A stretch of DNA of 64,000 nt from Phaeosaccion multiseriatum (taxonomy: Eukaryota > Protista > Ochrophyta, other classes). The stretch covers positions 1,364,001 through 1,428,000 of the forward strand of contig OZ218957.1 in NCBI GenBank assembly GCA_965112735.1, given 5' to 3'. Made by a program: the position numbers and the translations under genes. The notes beneath the pieces were generated by a model. The model searched no databases and was not told where the DNA came from. It saw nothing but the letters and a program-made list of their open reading frames with translations. Below, in pieces: positions 15,501 through 27,900 of the stretch (positions are counted from its first letter, which is position 1; each line of letters begins with the position of its first letter).

Positions 15501-18500
15501 AGCTGGAAGTGCGGAGTCTGTGTGTGGCCGAGGTGTGTCGCCTGCTGCACCACTTCGCGCAGTTGGATAGCATGTACCGCGCCTCTGTGCCCGCTCTGCA
15601 CCGGTGGCCCATTGCTGAGCTCTTTCACAGGGAGATGGTGGCCGTGGGGGTGGGGGTGGGTGGTCGTGGAGCTGGTGGTGATGATGAGGTAGGAGGCCAG
15701 TCAGCTTCTTGTGCTTCTTCTTCTTCTTCTTCTCCTTCCTCTTGCTCAAGTGGAACAACAGTAGCAGCAGCAGAATCGTCACCACAGGCACAGGCGACAC
15801 AGGTGCAAGTGGCGGAGACGACAGGCGTGGTAGAGACACAGACAGAGACACAGACAGAGGGGGAGCAGGCACCAGCAGGGGCACCAGCAGGGGCACAGAC
15901 AGAGATACAGACAGAGACACAAGGAGGGCGGACAGGGAGGGTGGGGCAGGCAGAGCGTGCTCGGGTCTTGTCCGCTGCAGGGCGCATGGCTCCTCTGCAC
16001 GAGCAAGCCTCCGCCCTCCTGCATGGTACTATGAGGGTGCTCCTATCTCTCTCCAGGTGCGGCACACCCGAGGGGCCTTTGCTGTCGTGTGTGTGGCATG
16101 GGCTGTTGCTGTGTTCGGGTTGTATGAGCGTGGCCCCGGGGGGCGCTCGAGCCTTTGCAGCGTTCCCCGCACTGGGGTCTTGGCTACGGATGTTTATTCT
16201 CAGGGTGGCGAGTACCGATATACGTCGGGTCACGTGCGGTTTACTGTATCGCATATGCGAGCAGCGGAGGACGACATTGAGGCAAGGAGGAGAGCATCGG
16301 GAGCGGCAGCAGCAGTTGGTGAAACAGCAGCAGGAGCAGCAGCAGCAGCAGCCGGACGAGGAGAAGGGGGAGGAGGGCGAGAAGAAGAAGAAGAAGCAGG
16401 GAGGCAAAGCTGAAGAAGGCATTAGTCGTGAAGTAACGCTTGAAGGTATACTCCTGGGCCACATTGTCCGAATGATTCCGCGTGTAACCGCGGGGAGGAG
16501 GCGGGGCAAGCTCTCGTCCTCGTCATCATCAGAGCCCTCTCCAGGGGACGGCAAGAGCGATAAGAGCGGCCATACCTTGTCCGGGGGGGGCATCCCCCAG
16601 GCGGCCGGGAGGGAGGGTGCGCAGACAGGGAGCGGGAGTGGTCAGAGTGACATCGAGAAGGAGAAGGAGAAGGAGAAGGAGAAGGAGAAGGAGCTGCAGC
16701 TCAATACGCTGTCCGCTGTGACTGTGAACAAGCCCTCTTCTCGAGCTGACAAAGGGGGCGGGAGGGGCGCTGAGAGAGGCTCTGAGCTTGTGGTGCCCGT
16801 TTCAAACTGTGCGGACTTCTTCAAGTTCACAGCGGCCCTGCTCCACGTGCGTGTATTCCGGGAGGCGGGGTCTAAGGAGGATGCACCACAGCTTCAGCAG
16901 TTGGTCATACAGCAACCGGTACCGCTACCGTCGACGTCGACATTGGCTGGAGTCCCGAGCCTTTGTGTCAGAGGCACTTCGGAGGGGGAGGAGGAGATGT
17001 TCGGCTTTCTGCTGCGGGAAGTGGTGGGCCGCATTGCGAGACATGAGTTCACGGAAACCTTTGCTTCTCTGACGCTGCCCGACGAGCCCCTCATCGGCTT
17101 GCTCCGCTTGCTGCTTGTGCTCATCACGGCTTCTCCCGAGAGGCAGCAGCTGTGTTGTCGGCTGTTTGCAGAGGTGTCGGGGTCCCGGGGGAGAGGCAGA
17201 GACAGGCGTCTATCGGCCCCGGCGGAAAGCAAACGCCACACTGAAAGGGCAAGTGCGGACGGGAGAGAGGGGGAAGGCAAAGGGAGAAAAGAGAAGGGGA
17301 AGGAGCAGCTGGTTCGGTTTTTGCTTCTCGACTGTCTGTTTCCCCCGCACAATGTCGAGGATATGCTCGGAGAAGGCACCGGCGCTCTTAGCAGCGGCCG
17401 TCTTAGTGAGGGGGGGGGAGGTGAGGGACCTGCTGGGAAGCGACTGGATGAGGATAGGCGTGATGTTGATGCTGATGCGGATGATGATGATGCTGCTGCT
17501 GCTGCTGCTGATGATGATGATGATGACACGGATCTTGGGGGGGATGATATCGCCGAGTATGTTGATGGTGAGGAGGTGGTGGTGGAGGAGGAGGAGGAGG
17601 ATAGCGACGAAGATGACGATGACGATGAACATCATAAAGAAAGCGGAGGGGAAGAAGGCCACCATAAACAAGAGGAGGAGGACGACGACGCTGACGAGGA
17701 GGAGGACGAGGACGACGAGGAGGAGGAGGAGGAGGAGGAGGAGGAGGAGGAAGGAAGTGAGCGGGAAGATGGAGAACAAGGCCAGGACGAGCAAGAGCAA
17801 GGGATCGAGGGCAGGGAAAGAGAAGAAGCAGTAAGCCCCAGGAGGCAAGAAGGGAGGCAGGAAGAAGCTGTGGCGGAGTCAATACTGGGCCCCAAGTGTA
17901 AGACTGCCGAGAGCCGTGCTGCCGTTTTTGCTGTGCTCAGCGAGCTGTGCAGAGGCTCTCCAGACACCTTGGTCCTCGTCACGGAGGTGAGTGAGTGAGT
18001 TAGTGAGCGAGTTGAGTGAGAGTGTGAGTGTGTGAGTGAGCGAGTGGGTGTGGAAGTGGCGAGTAAGTGAGTGAGGGAGTGAGGGAGTGATTGAGTGCAT
18101 TGTTACTTGTTTTGTTGCTTTGTATACGTGTGTCTTGCCCATACACCTCGTTGATGAACATCTCTTGCCCCCTGCTTGCCTCCCTCCTTTCCCTTGTGCA
18201 GATGCTCTCGGACGAGCTGACGCTTTTGCTATCGCCTGACCAGAGTCACTGGGACTATGACCCAGGGGTGGAGGTCAAGGACATGGGGCCCTACGTCGGG
18301 CTCAAGAACCAAGGAGCAACATGCTACATGAACAGGTACGTAGTTTCAGCCCAATCCAACCCAATCCACCCCAGCCCAACCCAACCTAACCCAACGCAAC
18401 CCAACTCCATACAACCCAACACAACCCCAACAGTCTCTTGCAGCAACTCTACCACGTGCCCCAGTTCAGCAACGCCCTCCTCGGTCTACAGCCCGACACG

Positions 18501-21500
18501 CCCCTCGCCTTGACCAACAGCACCAGCAAGGACGGGCAGGGGCAGGGGCGAGGCGGCGAGGCGGAGGCCCAGGAGGCGCAAGAGAGCGAGGAGAGTGCGA
18601 AGGTGCTGCTGCAGATGCAGGTGGCCTTTGCCTTCCTGCGCATGAGTCAGCGACAGTTCTACGATACAAGGCCTCTGTGCGCTGTGTTCCGGGACTACGA
18701 CGGGTGAGTGAGTGGAGAGCAGCAGCAGCAGCGTGGAAGGTAGAGCTCTACATGAGAATGTTGAGGAGCAGCGTCGGGGTTTGCAGCTTCTAATACCACA
18801 CTTCTCTTCACTTTTGTATCTCTCTCTCTCTCTCTCGCTCTCTCTCTCTCTCTCGCGCTCTTGCTCTCTCGCTCTCTCTTCGTGGGGGCCAGCGGCTTGA
18901 TGAACATGGGCGAGCAGAAGGACGTGAATGAGTTCTGCACGCAACTCTTTGAGAAGCTGGAGCGCTCTGCTAAGGCAGCGGGGCCGCTCATCAAGGACGT
19001 GTTCGGAGGCTCCCTTGTCTACCAGGTAGAGTGTGGCCAACGATGTCTGTACCGTAAGGGCATAGAGTGAGGCTAATGATATCGGTATCGTAACGATGCG
19101 CTACTATGCGGGCATGTTGAACCCATTTTGACCACACCTTTGGACCCTTTTTTTGTCATTCTCTCCCCCCCCCCCCACCCCCCTAATCTGTCCCCGCAGG
19201 TCATTTCCAAGGACAGTGAGTGTCGCCACACCTCTCAGCGAGAGGAGCCCTTCGTCATGCTCACGGCAGAGGTACGAGCACGTCCAGCAAGTCATGTCCT
19301 TAGCAGCAGCAGTTGGTGATACAGAAGCAGTAGTAGAAAAGCAGCAGCAGCAGATCTCTCTCCTCCTCCTTTGCACGATTCACCACCCTCTCACTCCCCC
19401 ACATTTCCTTTCCTTTCCCCCCTCTCTCTCCATCTCTCTCTCCCTCTTTCCCTTCCGCCCGTCTCTTTCCCTCGCTCCCTCTCCCTCTCCCTCTCCCTCT
19501 TCTTCTCCCCAATACCCCTCCCTCTCCTTTCTTCCCTCCCTCTCCCTACCCCCTGCCCCACCCAATGCACAATGTAATACAGGTGCAGAACAAGTCGTCA
19601 TTGGAGGACGCCCTTGAGCTGTATGTTGCCGGCGAGCTCCTCAGTGGGGATAACGCCTACCTCTGCGACAAGTGCAAGCGGCATGTCACTGCCCAGCGCC
19701 GGTGCGCCATCAAAACGCTCCCACCGGTGCTAATTGTGCATCTCAAGCGCTTTGAGTTTGACTTGGAGACCTTCACAAGGAGCAAGCTTGATCACTACTG
19801 CTCTTTCCCTATCGGAGAAGGAGGAGGAGGAGGAGGTGGTGGTGGTGGTAGTGGTGTCCTTCCTCCCGACTATCTTGATATGGAGCCCTACACAATGGCC
19901 GGTATCGAGGCTCGAGAAGTCTCGCTCAACAGAGGACTTGACCACTCAAGCCTCTCCACCCCGAGAATGAGCAACGACAGCGGCGTGCAGGGCTCTTACC
20001 ATCTTTCGGAGCAGCTCCTGGCGGGGCACGGCAATAGTGGCGAGTCGAGGATGAAGCGAGACCACAGCATCGCGAGCAGTGCCATCACATCGGACGAGGA
20101 CGACGACGACGACGACGACGACGACGATGATGATGATGATGATGACGACTTGGAGTTCTCCTCGATGAGCAAGAACAGCTTGAACGACTTGAATGACGGT
20201 TACGGGAGGCGGCCTTCCTCGCCTTATTCCATTGGAGGAGGGGGAGGGGGGGGCTCTGTGCAAAGTAAGGGCAAGGGCGAGGGCGGACTCTCTCTGCGCC
20301 CTCCCCGGACGCCGAACAGTCAGGCAGGCCGCAAGCACCACCCGCAGCAGTTGGTGGTTCAGCAGCGCTTGCAGCACAGGGGCCGTCAACGAAGCGTGAG
20401 CGCCGCCTCCTCCTCCTTTCGAGCCATCTCCAGGGTAGAGGCGGGTCAGGGTCAGCACATGTATCGGCTCAAGGGAGTGGTGGCACACAAGGGCACGGCC
20501 AGCACGGGGCATTACTACAGCTTTGTGCGCGTGGGGGGAGAAGAAGAAGGAGGAGGAGGAGGAGAAGACGGGGGGGGCGTCACCAGCAGAGGAGATGGCG
20601 GCGGAGGAGGAGGCGCGGGGGGGCAGCGAGGGCAAGGAGCAGCAGGCGGAGGAGGAGGAGGTGGTGGTGGTGGTGGAGCAGGAGGGGGGAGTAGTAAGAA
20701 GCAGAACTCAGGTTGGTTCGAATTCAACGATCATGTGGTGTCCCCCTTCGACGTCAACGACATCCCCGCAGAGTGCTTCGGCGGCACCACCAAGACCAGG
20801 AACGCTCAGGGAGTTGTGGAGGAGAAGGTTCGTGTTGCGTTGGTTGGTTGCGTTGGTTGGTTGCGTAGTAGAGTCCGGGTTTGGCTTGGTTGGTTGAAGA
20901 GAGTCCAGTCCCACAGAAGTGTTCAGCCTCTGGTCTTTGTGCTGCTCTTGCACGAGGGTTTCTGTATCGATCTTCCTCGACCCAACCATTGTCGCTCGGT
21001 AGCATGTGGAGGGGGGGGTCTCATGTAGAGGTATGCTTCCACGACTGCCGCCCCTCCCCCCCATTCCACCCACGACCATCTTTTTCTCGCCTCTTCGTCG
21101 CCCCTCATCACGTGTTTTTTTGTATGCCTGCCCCCCCCCCCCCCCCCCCTCCTCCTCCTCCTCCTCCTCCTCCTCCTCCTCCTCCTCCTCCTCCTCCTCC
21201 TCCTCCTCCTCCTCCTCCTCCTCCTCCTCCTCCTCCTCCTCCTCCTCCTCCTCCTCCTCCTCCTCCTCCTCCTCCTCCTCCTCCTCCTCCTCCTCCTCCT
21301 CCTCCTCCTCCTCCTCCTCCTCCTCCTCCTCCTCCTCCTCCTCCTCCTCCTCCTCCTCCTCCTCCTCCCCCTCCCCCCCTCCTCCTCTCCTCCTCCTCCT
21401 TCTCCTCCTCCTCCTCCTTCTCCTCCTCCTCCTCCTCCTCCTCCTCACTCGCGTCAACACCCCATCGCCTTTACTCTTATCGATACCCGATGGATTGATG

Positions 21501-24226
21501 GATGGCAGCCTATCCAAAAGAGCGCCTACTTGCTCGTGTACGAGAAGGTCCTCCCGGAGCAGTCCCAGCAACTCGACACTGAGTCTATGGCCATGGATGC
21601 GTACTTTAGCTTCAGTGGCACAGGCATGCTCACTCCGAAGAGCGCCAGAGGAGGCGGGGGGTGGGGGAGGGAGGAGTCTTTGGGAGGCTGGGACAGTGTC
21701 ATGAGCACTCCGAGAAGCCAACACGGGGGCCAGGCGTGGGCCGGAGACGCAGACCAAACAACACCAGCAGGAGCCTCAGCAGCCCCCGCCGGCGGAGACC
21801 TGCTCAGTAGCTCTGCCAAGAGCACGAGCATGTCGATGGGAAGCCGCCTCAACCTCAACACGAACATCAGCACGAACACGTCCGGAGGGGGAGGAGGGGG
21901 GGGGGCGTACTCGCAACCACCTGCGAGGTCGACTTGTGCTCCACGCGTTTCTGGCTCTGGCTCTCGGACCGCAGCAGCGGACTTGGGGCCCGTCGCTGTT
22001 GGTCAGTCGGTCTGGGAGAAGGCAGACAGCTGCGCTAGTCTGGACTGGCAAAGTGGGGGCGGGGGGGGCTTCAACGGTGGTGGCAGTGGGTATATAGGGG
22101 GAGCTTGGGGCATGTCTGGAGGTCGAAGTGGTGGTGGTGGTGGTGGTGGTGGTGGTGGTGGTGGTGGAGGAGGAGGAGGAGCAGGTCAGGTTGGACAGGC
22201 TGTCTTCCTCGCGCCCCAGGCACTCCGCGCTGTGTGGGAAGAGAATATGTCTCTCCTGCTGGACACTTTTGTCTTCGACACGGACTTCCTTCGCCTCGTG
22301 TGGGGCCTTTTGGACGCGGGGGGCGCAGCAGCGGTTCGATCCTCATCCTCGTCCTTGCCCGAGGGGGCGGCGTTACCCGAGGGGGCATCACCCGAGGGGG
22401 CATCACCCGAGGGGGCATTACCCGAGGGGGTACAGGCGGCCCTGGCTATGAGAGCTGGCCTGAAGGTCGGGGCTGAGGTGCTTGCTCGAGCGAGGGCATT
22501 GTCCGTGGTGGGGCCCTGGTGCTCCAAGCTGACGGACATGGCGGTGAAGCATGACGAAGCCGCCGTTGCCGCCCTGGAGACAATGACCACGTCCGGACGA
22601 AGAGCAGGGGAAGGGACAGAGACAGCGGCAGGGGCAGAGGGAGTGAAGTTTCCTCTTGCTGCGCCGTCGTCGAAATGGCTGGCAGACGTGCTGCTGCGAT
22701 GCCCCCATCGCTCCACTCGCACGGCCTTCGAGGGGCTGCTGAGCGCTGCCGTGGCCAAAGCTCAACGTCGTCCCGACCTTCCTTTGCGAGCTTCGGTTCG
22801 CCTCTTCATCACCGCCGCCTGCGGTATCTTGGACGACGCCTTGGTGGAGGCTGGAGGCGCTGGCGGAGGAGGAGGAGGAGGAGGTGGTGGTGGTAGTGAT
22901 GGAGGAGGAGGAGGCCAAGGCAGCAGAACGACGGGGCAGGCAGTAGAAGTCACTGGCTCTGCTCCGACTACTGAGACTGGCACTGGAGAAACCCAGACCA
23001 ACCCGACAGGACAGCAGAGCCCCACTAGTAGAGTGGCAGGAACTGCGGCGGTCGGTCATGTGGAGCACCTGGTGCATGTGCTGGCAGCCGCGGCGGAGAC
23101 TGGCGCCCCGGCTTGCCGGGCCTTGATGCAGCTGAAGGTGCCCGCTCTAGCGATGGACCTTATCGACCTTAGCCTCACGCACACGTCAGCGAGCTCTCCA
23201 CCAGAGGTAGCTTCTTCTTCCTCCTCCTCCTCCGCGTCCTCCCCATGGTCGAGCAAGCTAGTAGCCAATTCCGCTCTCTTCACCGCGGTGTCGAGGCTGC
23301 TTTCTGCCGTGGCCCTACGGCTGGGTCCGGCGTCAGACTCAGGTTCGCCTGATTCTCCTCCTCTTGCTTCTGGCGCCCCTGCTGTGGACGAGGAGGGGGG
23401 ATCAGTGACGAAGGTCGGGGAGGATGGATTTGGGCTCTGCCTGGGCAAGCAGCTCATGCACCACGGGTACTTGATGCGGGCAATGGTGGAGCACACTCCT
23501 TCCGTTGCCGCTGGTGCATGGGTAGCCCTCTTGGCAGGTGTGGACCCCGAGAGAAGTGACTTGTACGGAGAGCTGATGGGTCTGCTGTTTGGTGCCATCG
23601 AGCAACGAGCAGAAGCGGGCACACCTCCTGTCAGGGAAGGCGGGGCTTCGTCTTCGTGTTCGCCTTCGCCAACGTCGTTGTCATCTGCAGCGGCTGTAAC
23701 TGGAGGGAGGGGAGGGGGGGAGGGGGAAAGAGGAGGAGGAGGAGGAGAAGGAGAAAGTGTCGACGGAACGGGGCCTTACATGACCATCCTCTCAGCGCTG
23801 CTGCACATATCGGATGCCTACACAGAAGCGAGAGTCAAGGCCGCCACGACCATCTTCGTGCCCCTCGTTGGACGCGTGCTGGACAAGAACAAGAGGGACA
23901 AGATGGGGGGGAGGCAGGAGCTCATGTACTCTGCGTGTAAGACGCTCTTGTCCCTATATTGCCACGTGCCCGTCAGTCGTGCGGCGATACTCAGCTGCAA
24001 AGGCGAGTGGCACGGATGGGCAAGCGCGAGTGGGGGTGGAGGAGGGGCAGGGGGGGTTGGCGAGCGAGGCTCCGATGGCGGCTCGGGCAGCACCAAAGCT
24101 GAGAAGTCGAAGGGTTCATCCCAAGGAGTTTCCAGGAGATCAAAGCTCGGGAGCTGGGTCACGGGCAGCAGCAGCAGCAGCAGCAGCAGCAGCGGCGGCG
24201 GCGGTGCAACAGCCAGTACAAGGTAG
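4580..24226 (+). CDS. Ubiquitin carboxyl-terminal hydrolase (peptidase C19), USP9X/USP24/USP34-like, ~4,800 aa. 17 exons: 4580-6397, 6952-7119, 7469-7741, 8113-8529, 8959-9316, 9599-10020, 10359-10767, 11052 or 11111-12099, 12378-12538, 12769-14788, 15143-17986, 18202-18335, 18434-18703, 18893-19025, 19200-19271, 19583-20827, 21509-24226
   Basis: Cys box [21 protein letters not shown], then EQKDVNEF, YLCDKC and LPPVLIVHLKRFEFD. His box YRLKGVVAHKGTASTGHYYSFVR, then WFEFNDHVV and SAYLLVYE. The long helical N-terminal region has family-like segments (LEKRLLGL, ELVRRAEGVLCFLA, VVGLHTLWSLAL). Splice phases are consistent except at the ambiguous exon-8 acceptor. Confidence 0.9.
5835..5985 (+). other. 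Tudor-like domain in the N-terminus of the USP
   Basis: GRRVKIWWERYNCYYHGTVQRWDAATRGHVIAYDDGE matches the G-x-x-V-x-x-x-W...Y-x-G-x-V...H-x-I-x-YDDG Tudor/SH3-like pattern. Confidence 0.7.
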
Positions 24227-24813
24227 ATGAGAAGGTCCGACGTCTCCGCCACTTCGTCAGCATGTAAATACACCATTAGTGTTACCATAATGTAGAAAGT
24301 TTTTTCCCTCTCCCTTCTCCCCTCTCCCAAACACTGGGATGTATAGCAAGGGGTTTGCACCAGGCCCGAAGGCCAGGCTCTTATCGTAGTTCTTCAATCA
24401 CTCGCCACACACATTGCTGAGGAGGGTGAGGAGGGTGAACAGGTGTGCTTGGCCTTAGCTACGCTCGTGCTCGTGCGGCTTGTGCGCTTCGGTAAAAGTA
24501 TTCTTTGGGGATGGGTTTTGCAGATATATCCACTTTCGCAGTCTATGGTACGTACCATGTTTGTTCCACACGCCCCTCTGTGACATGAGCGGGGAATACG
24601 ATGCATTTCATTCTCTGGGGTATTGTACTGTTCGGGAAGGGCGTTAAGCGGATGGCAGCAGAGGGTGTACAGCACCACAAAGGAAGGCCTTTTACCTCAA
24701 TGCAAGGCAAGGGCTCTTCGGCTCTTCTCATCCCCCAACTGGGATGGCCTCTGCACCAGCGGACAGGCGCGAAGGTTTAGACCGTGGTCCTGAGGAGGCA
24801 ACAAGAAACACGA

Positions 24814-24814
<1 letters not shown>

Positions 24815-24857
<43 letters not shown>
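24815..24857. repeat. (AT)n microsatellite between the convergent 3' ends of the USP gene and the giant gene
   Basis: Perfect TA run of about 20 units. Confidence 0.95.
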
Positions 24858-24860
<3 letters not shown>

Positions 24861-24990
24861 TAACGCCCTCTAAGTGCCATCTAACCGACTCACATCGGCA
24901 ATCAATCCTACAAGATTGGCTGTCATTCAGAATGTAAATACTCCACCTCTCGCTCTGCTCTTCTCCCCTCCCACCTGTCCACTCTGGCCC

Positions 24991-27900
24991 CTACCCGGGT
25001 CCTGCTCGCGGCCCTTCCTGCTCTCCTCCTTCTCCGCCTCCCTCTCCCTTGTCCTCGGAAGCCGATGGCACCGCCTGAGCAACTTGACCCTCCGCCGCTG
25101 CCCTGGTGGCTTCCGCTCGATTCAGCGGCTCTGCCCTGAGAGCCTCGGCCTCGACCGCCTCACTGGCAATCACACTGGCCGCCCCTACCGCCTCACTGGC
25201 ACTCACACTGGCCGCCCCTACCGCCTCACTGGCACTCACACTGGCACTAACACTGGCACTCACACTGGCCGCCCCACTGGGCCCTCCCACGTCACTGGCA
25301 CTCACGCTGCCATTCACACTGGCACTCACACTGGCAGCTCCTGGAGCTCCAGTGCTCGCCAATGAGCCTTGTGTGGCAAGCGGCACCCCTCGGCTGCCCG
25401 CACCTACGCTGATTGGCAATGCCGCAGGAGCAGCAGCAGCAGCAGCGGCGGCGGTGGATGATGCGACAGAGCCCTGCGGCACCACAACCTTTTGCTGCTC
25501 TGCCAGCTCCTCTGCAGTAAGCAGGCTCCTGGTAGACACCGCTTGACTCAGCGGCATACCAAGGGGGTGCCTCACCTCCCGCTGTGCAGCAAGTATAGTG
25601 CTGCTACCCGGCCCAGCCTTCGAGCTAGACTTGGTCTTGGAGTGGTGGTGGCGGTGGTGGTGGTGGTGGTGGTGGTGCTTGTGCCGGTCTCCTCCTCCTC
25701 CTCCTCCTCCTCCTCCTCCTCCTCCTCCTCCTCCTCCTCCTCCTCCTCCTCCTCCTCCTCCTCCTCCTCCTCCTCCCCCTCCTCGTCCTCCACCACCACC
25801 ACGACCTTCTCCTCCTCCTCCACTGCCTCCCCCTCCTCCACTGCCGGAATGGTGTGTCTTCTTCTTGGCCGAAACGTAACGGCCGACGTTACACGCATCG
25901 CACACCAACTTCATCTCCTGATAGTACGCCCTGTTCCTCATCTTGGTACCAGCGCTGCTTGCGTTGCCTCCACTCTCCCCCAGGGCACACAACGCCACAG
26001 CAGGCGAGCATGCTCTCGCACTCATGACCTGTCCAATCTTCTTCTCAAGACTTGCTTTGCCCTCATCCTTGACGAGCCGCTCCAGTACGCCTTCCCAACA
26101 CTCGCGGTACACACGGCAACCTCGCAGGTGAGCGTTACGGTGGGCAACCCTCACGAGTTCTCCACACTGACACTTCCACTTCATCTTGAGGCAAGCCTTT
26201 GCCTCATGTGCGTGGAGCTCCTTGAAGGGCACCTTCTGCCCGCAGCCCCTGGGACACGCCACAAGCCTTTCAGGGCACTCTTCCTTTGCGTGTTGGTGCT
26301 CCAAAACGCCCCGCTTGACGTTCTCCCCGCAGTCGGGGCAGTGCACCATCTTCTCCTTACACTCGTGCGCTTGGTGTCTCGGCATGGCCGTCGCTCCAAA
26401 CGACTCGCCACAATCCGGACACGGCAAGGGTGCTTCGGGGCACTCGCCTGAGCCTGGCCTGACGTGCTCCTCCATTCGAGCCTTGGCCACCAGCACATGG
26501 CACTGAGGACAGGGCAGCATGGAGCAGCCCGAACGCTGGTGCATGCCGAGGAGAGACACGGGAACGGACACCCCGCACGCATCACACGGCCCCATGCGTA
26601 GGGGACAGGAGTAGGCGAGGTGGTCCTTCACATCGGCGTATGCCATTTGTAGGTTGCAGCCGATGTTAGGGCATGGCACCTCCCGCTTGTCGCAGTCCTC
26701 CTTCAAATGGCGAGGCAGGTCCTTGGCCGGCAGCAGCAGCGGAGTCGTATCACCACCATCTCCAGCAGCTGTAACATCGGAGGAGGGCATTCGGGCAGAG
26801 CACTGTCTCGGACAGCTCACAAGACGGTCCTCGCACAAATCCCTGTCGTGCTTGGCCTTCTCCTTGCTCATGAAAGCCGCTCCGCAGCTACACACCACCG
26901 TCCGCAGGGGACACTCCTTCTCCTCATGAGCCAACCTGTCCGCCTGCCGGGCCTCAAAGCCACAGCCATAGAGGCAGGTGGAGGCCGGGTCGGCGCATTC
27001 GTATCTCTCGTGATGGGCTCGATTGCGAGCCTTGAGGGTGGCCCCGCAGATGCAGGTCCAAGGACGATCAGGACAGAGATCCCGTTGGTGCTCAGGGAGG
27101 TCAGCCTTGACCACTTCCTCTCCGCACTCTTCACAGTTGACGACCCGCTCGGAGCACTCCTCTTTCTCGTGAATGGCCTTGGCTTCGAAGAGCATTTCCT
27201 GGCCGCAAATACACGTCCACTGCCTTTTGCTGCACTGCATCTCCACGTGGGTTTCCGTGGTGAGGTGTTCCATCATCTTCCCACACCCAAGGGGGCACTC
27301 CACCATGCGATACGCGCACTCGGTGGCGCTGTGCTGCTCGAACTCCGACCGCAGCACGTGAACCCCACATCGGCACAGCCTCAGCATCGGACACGTGGCC
27401 GCCTTGTGCCCCTCGAGGTTGCGGGCCTTGACCTTGGCTTCACAGAACTCACACTCCACCGCCCTCTCCTGACATTGGGTCTTCTCATGCACTTCCAGCA
27501 GCCGCTGCACCACCCGCTTGCCGCAGCGCTGCGGGCAGATGACGAGTCGCTCCGGACACTCTTCCTCCTCGTGGAGCATAACAGAGCGGTCCCGTAGGTC
27601 CGCCCCACAGCCCAGAGAACACAACGCGGCAGCAGGAACGGGGACAACACCCCCGGGGGCAGGACCCCTGGGGACAGCCTCCTCCCCCCCCGGGGAGGCT
27701 TGCTGTTGGACCTGTTGGGCCTCGGCAGTGGGTTTGTTGTCTCCGTCCTTCTCGCCCTCGTCCTCGGACTCTGGGGCGAACATACCCTCGTCGTCTGGTG
27801 CGCCGCCACTGCCGACACCCTTCTCCTTCTCCAACTCCTTCTCTGCCTCTTTCTTGTGCACAGCAGCAGCAGCAGCAGGATCCGGCGCCATCGTTGTTGG

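Noticed and set aside
18202-27622. USP and TRAF-finger receptor as a functional ubiquitin-signalling cluster
   Set aside because: Convergent neighbours in a gene-dense eukaryotic genome; adjacency alone is not evidence without conserved synteny or co-expression.
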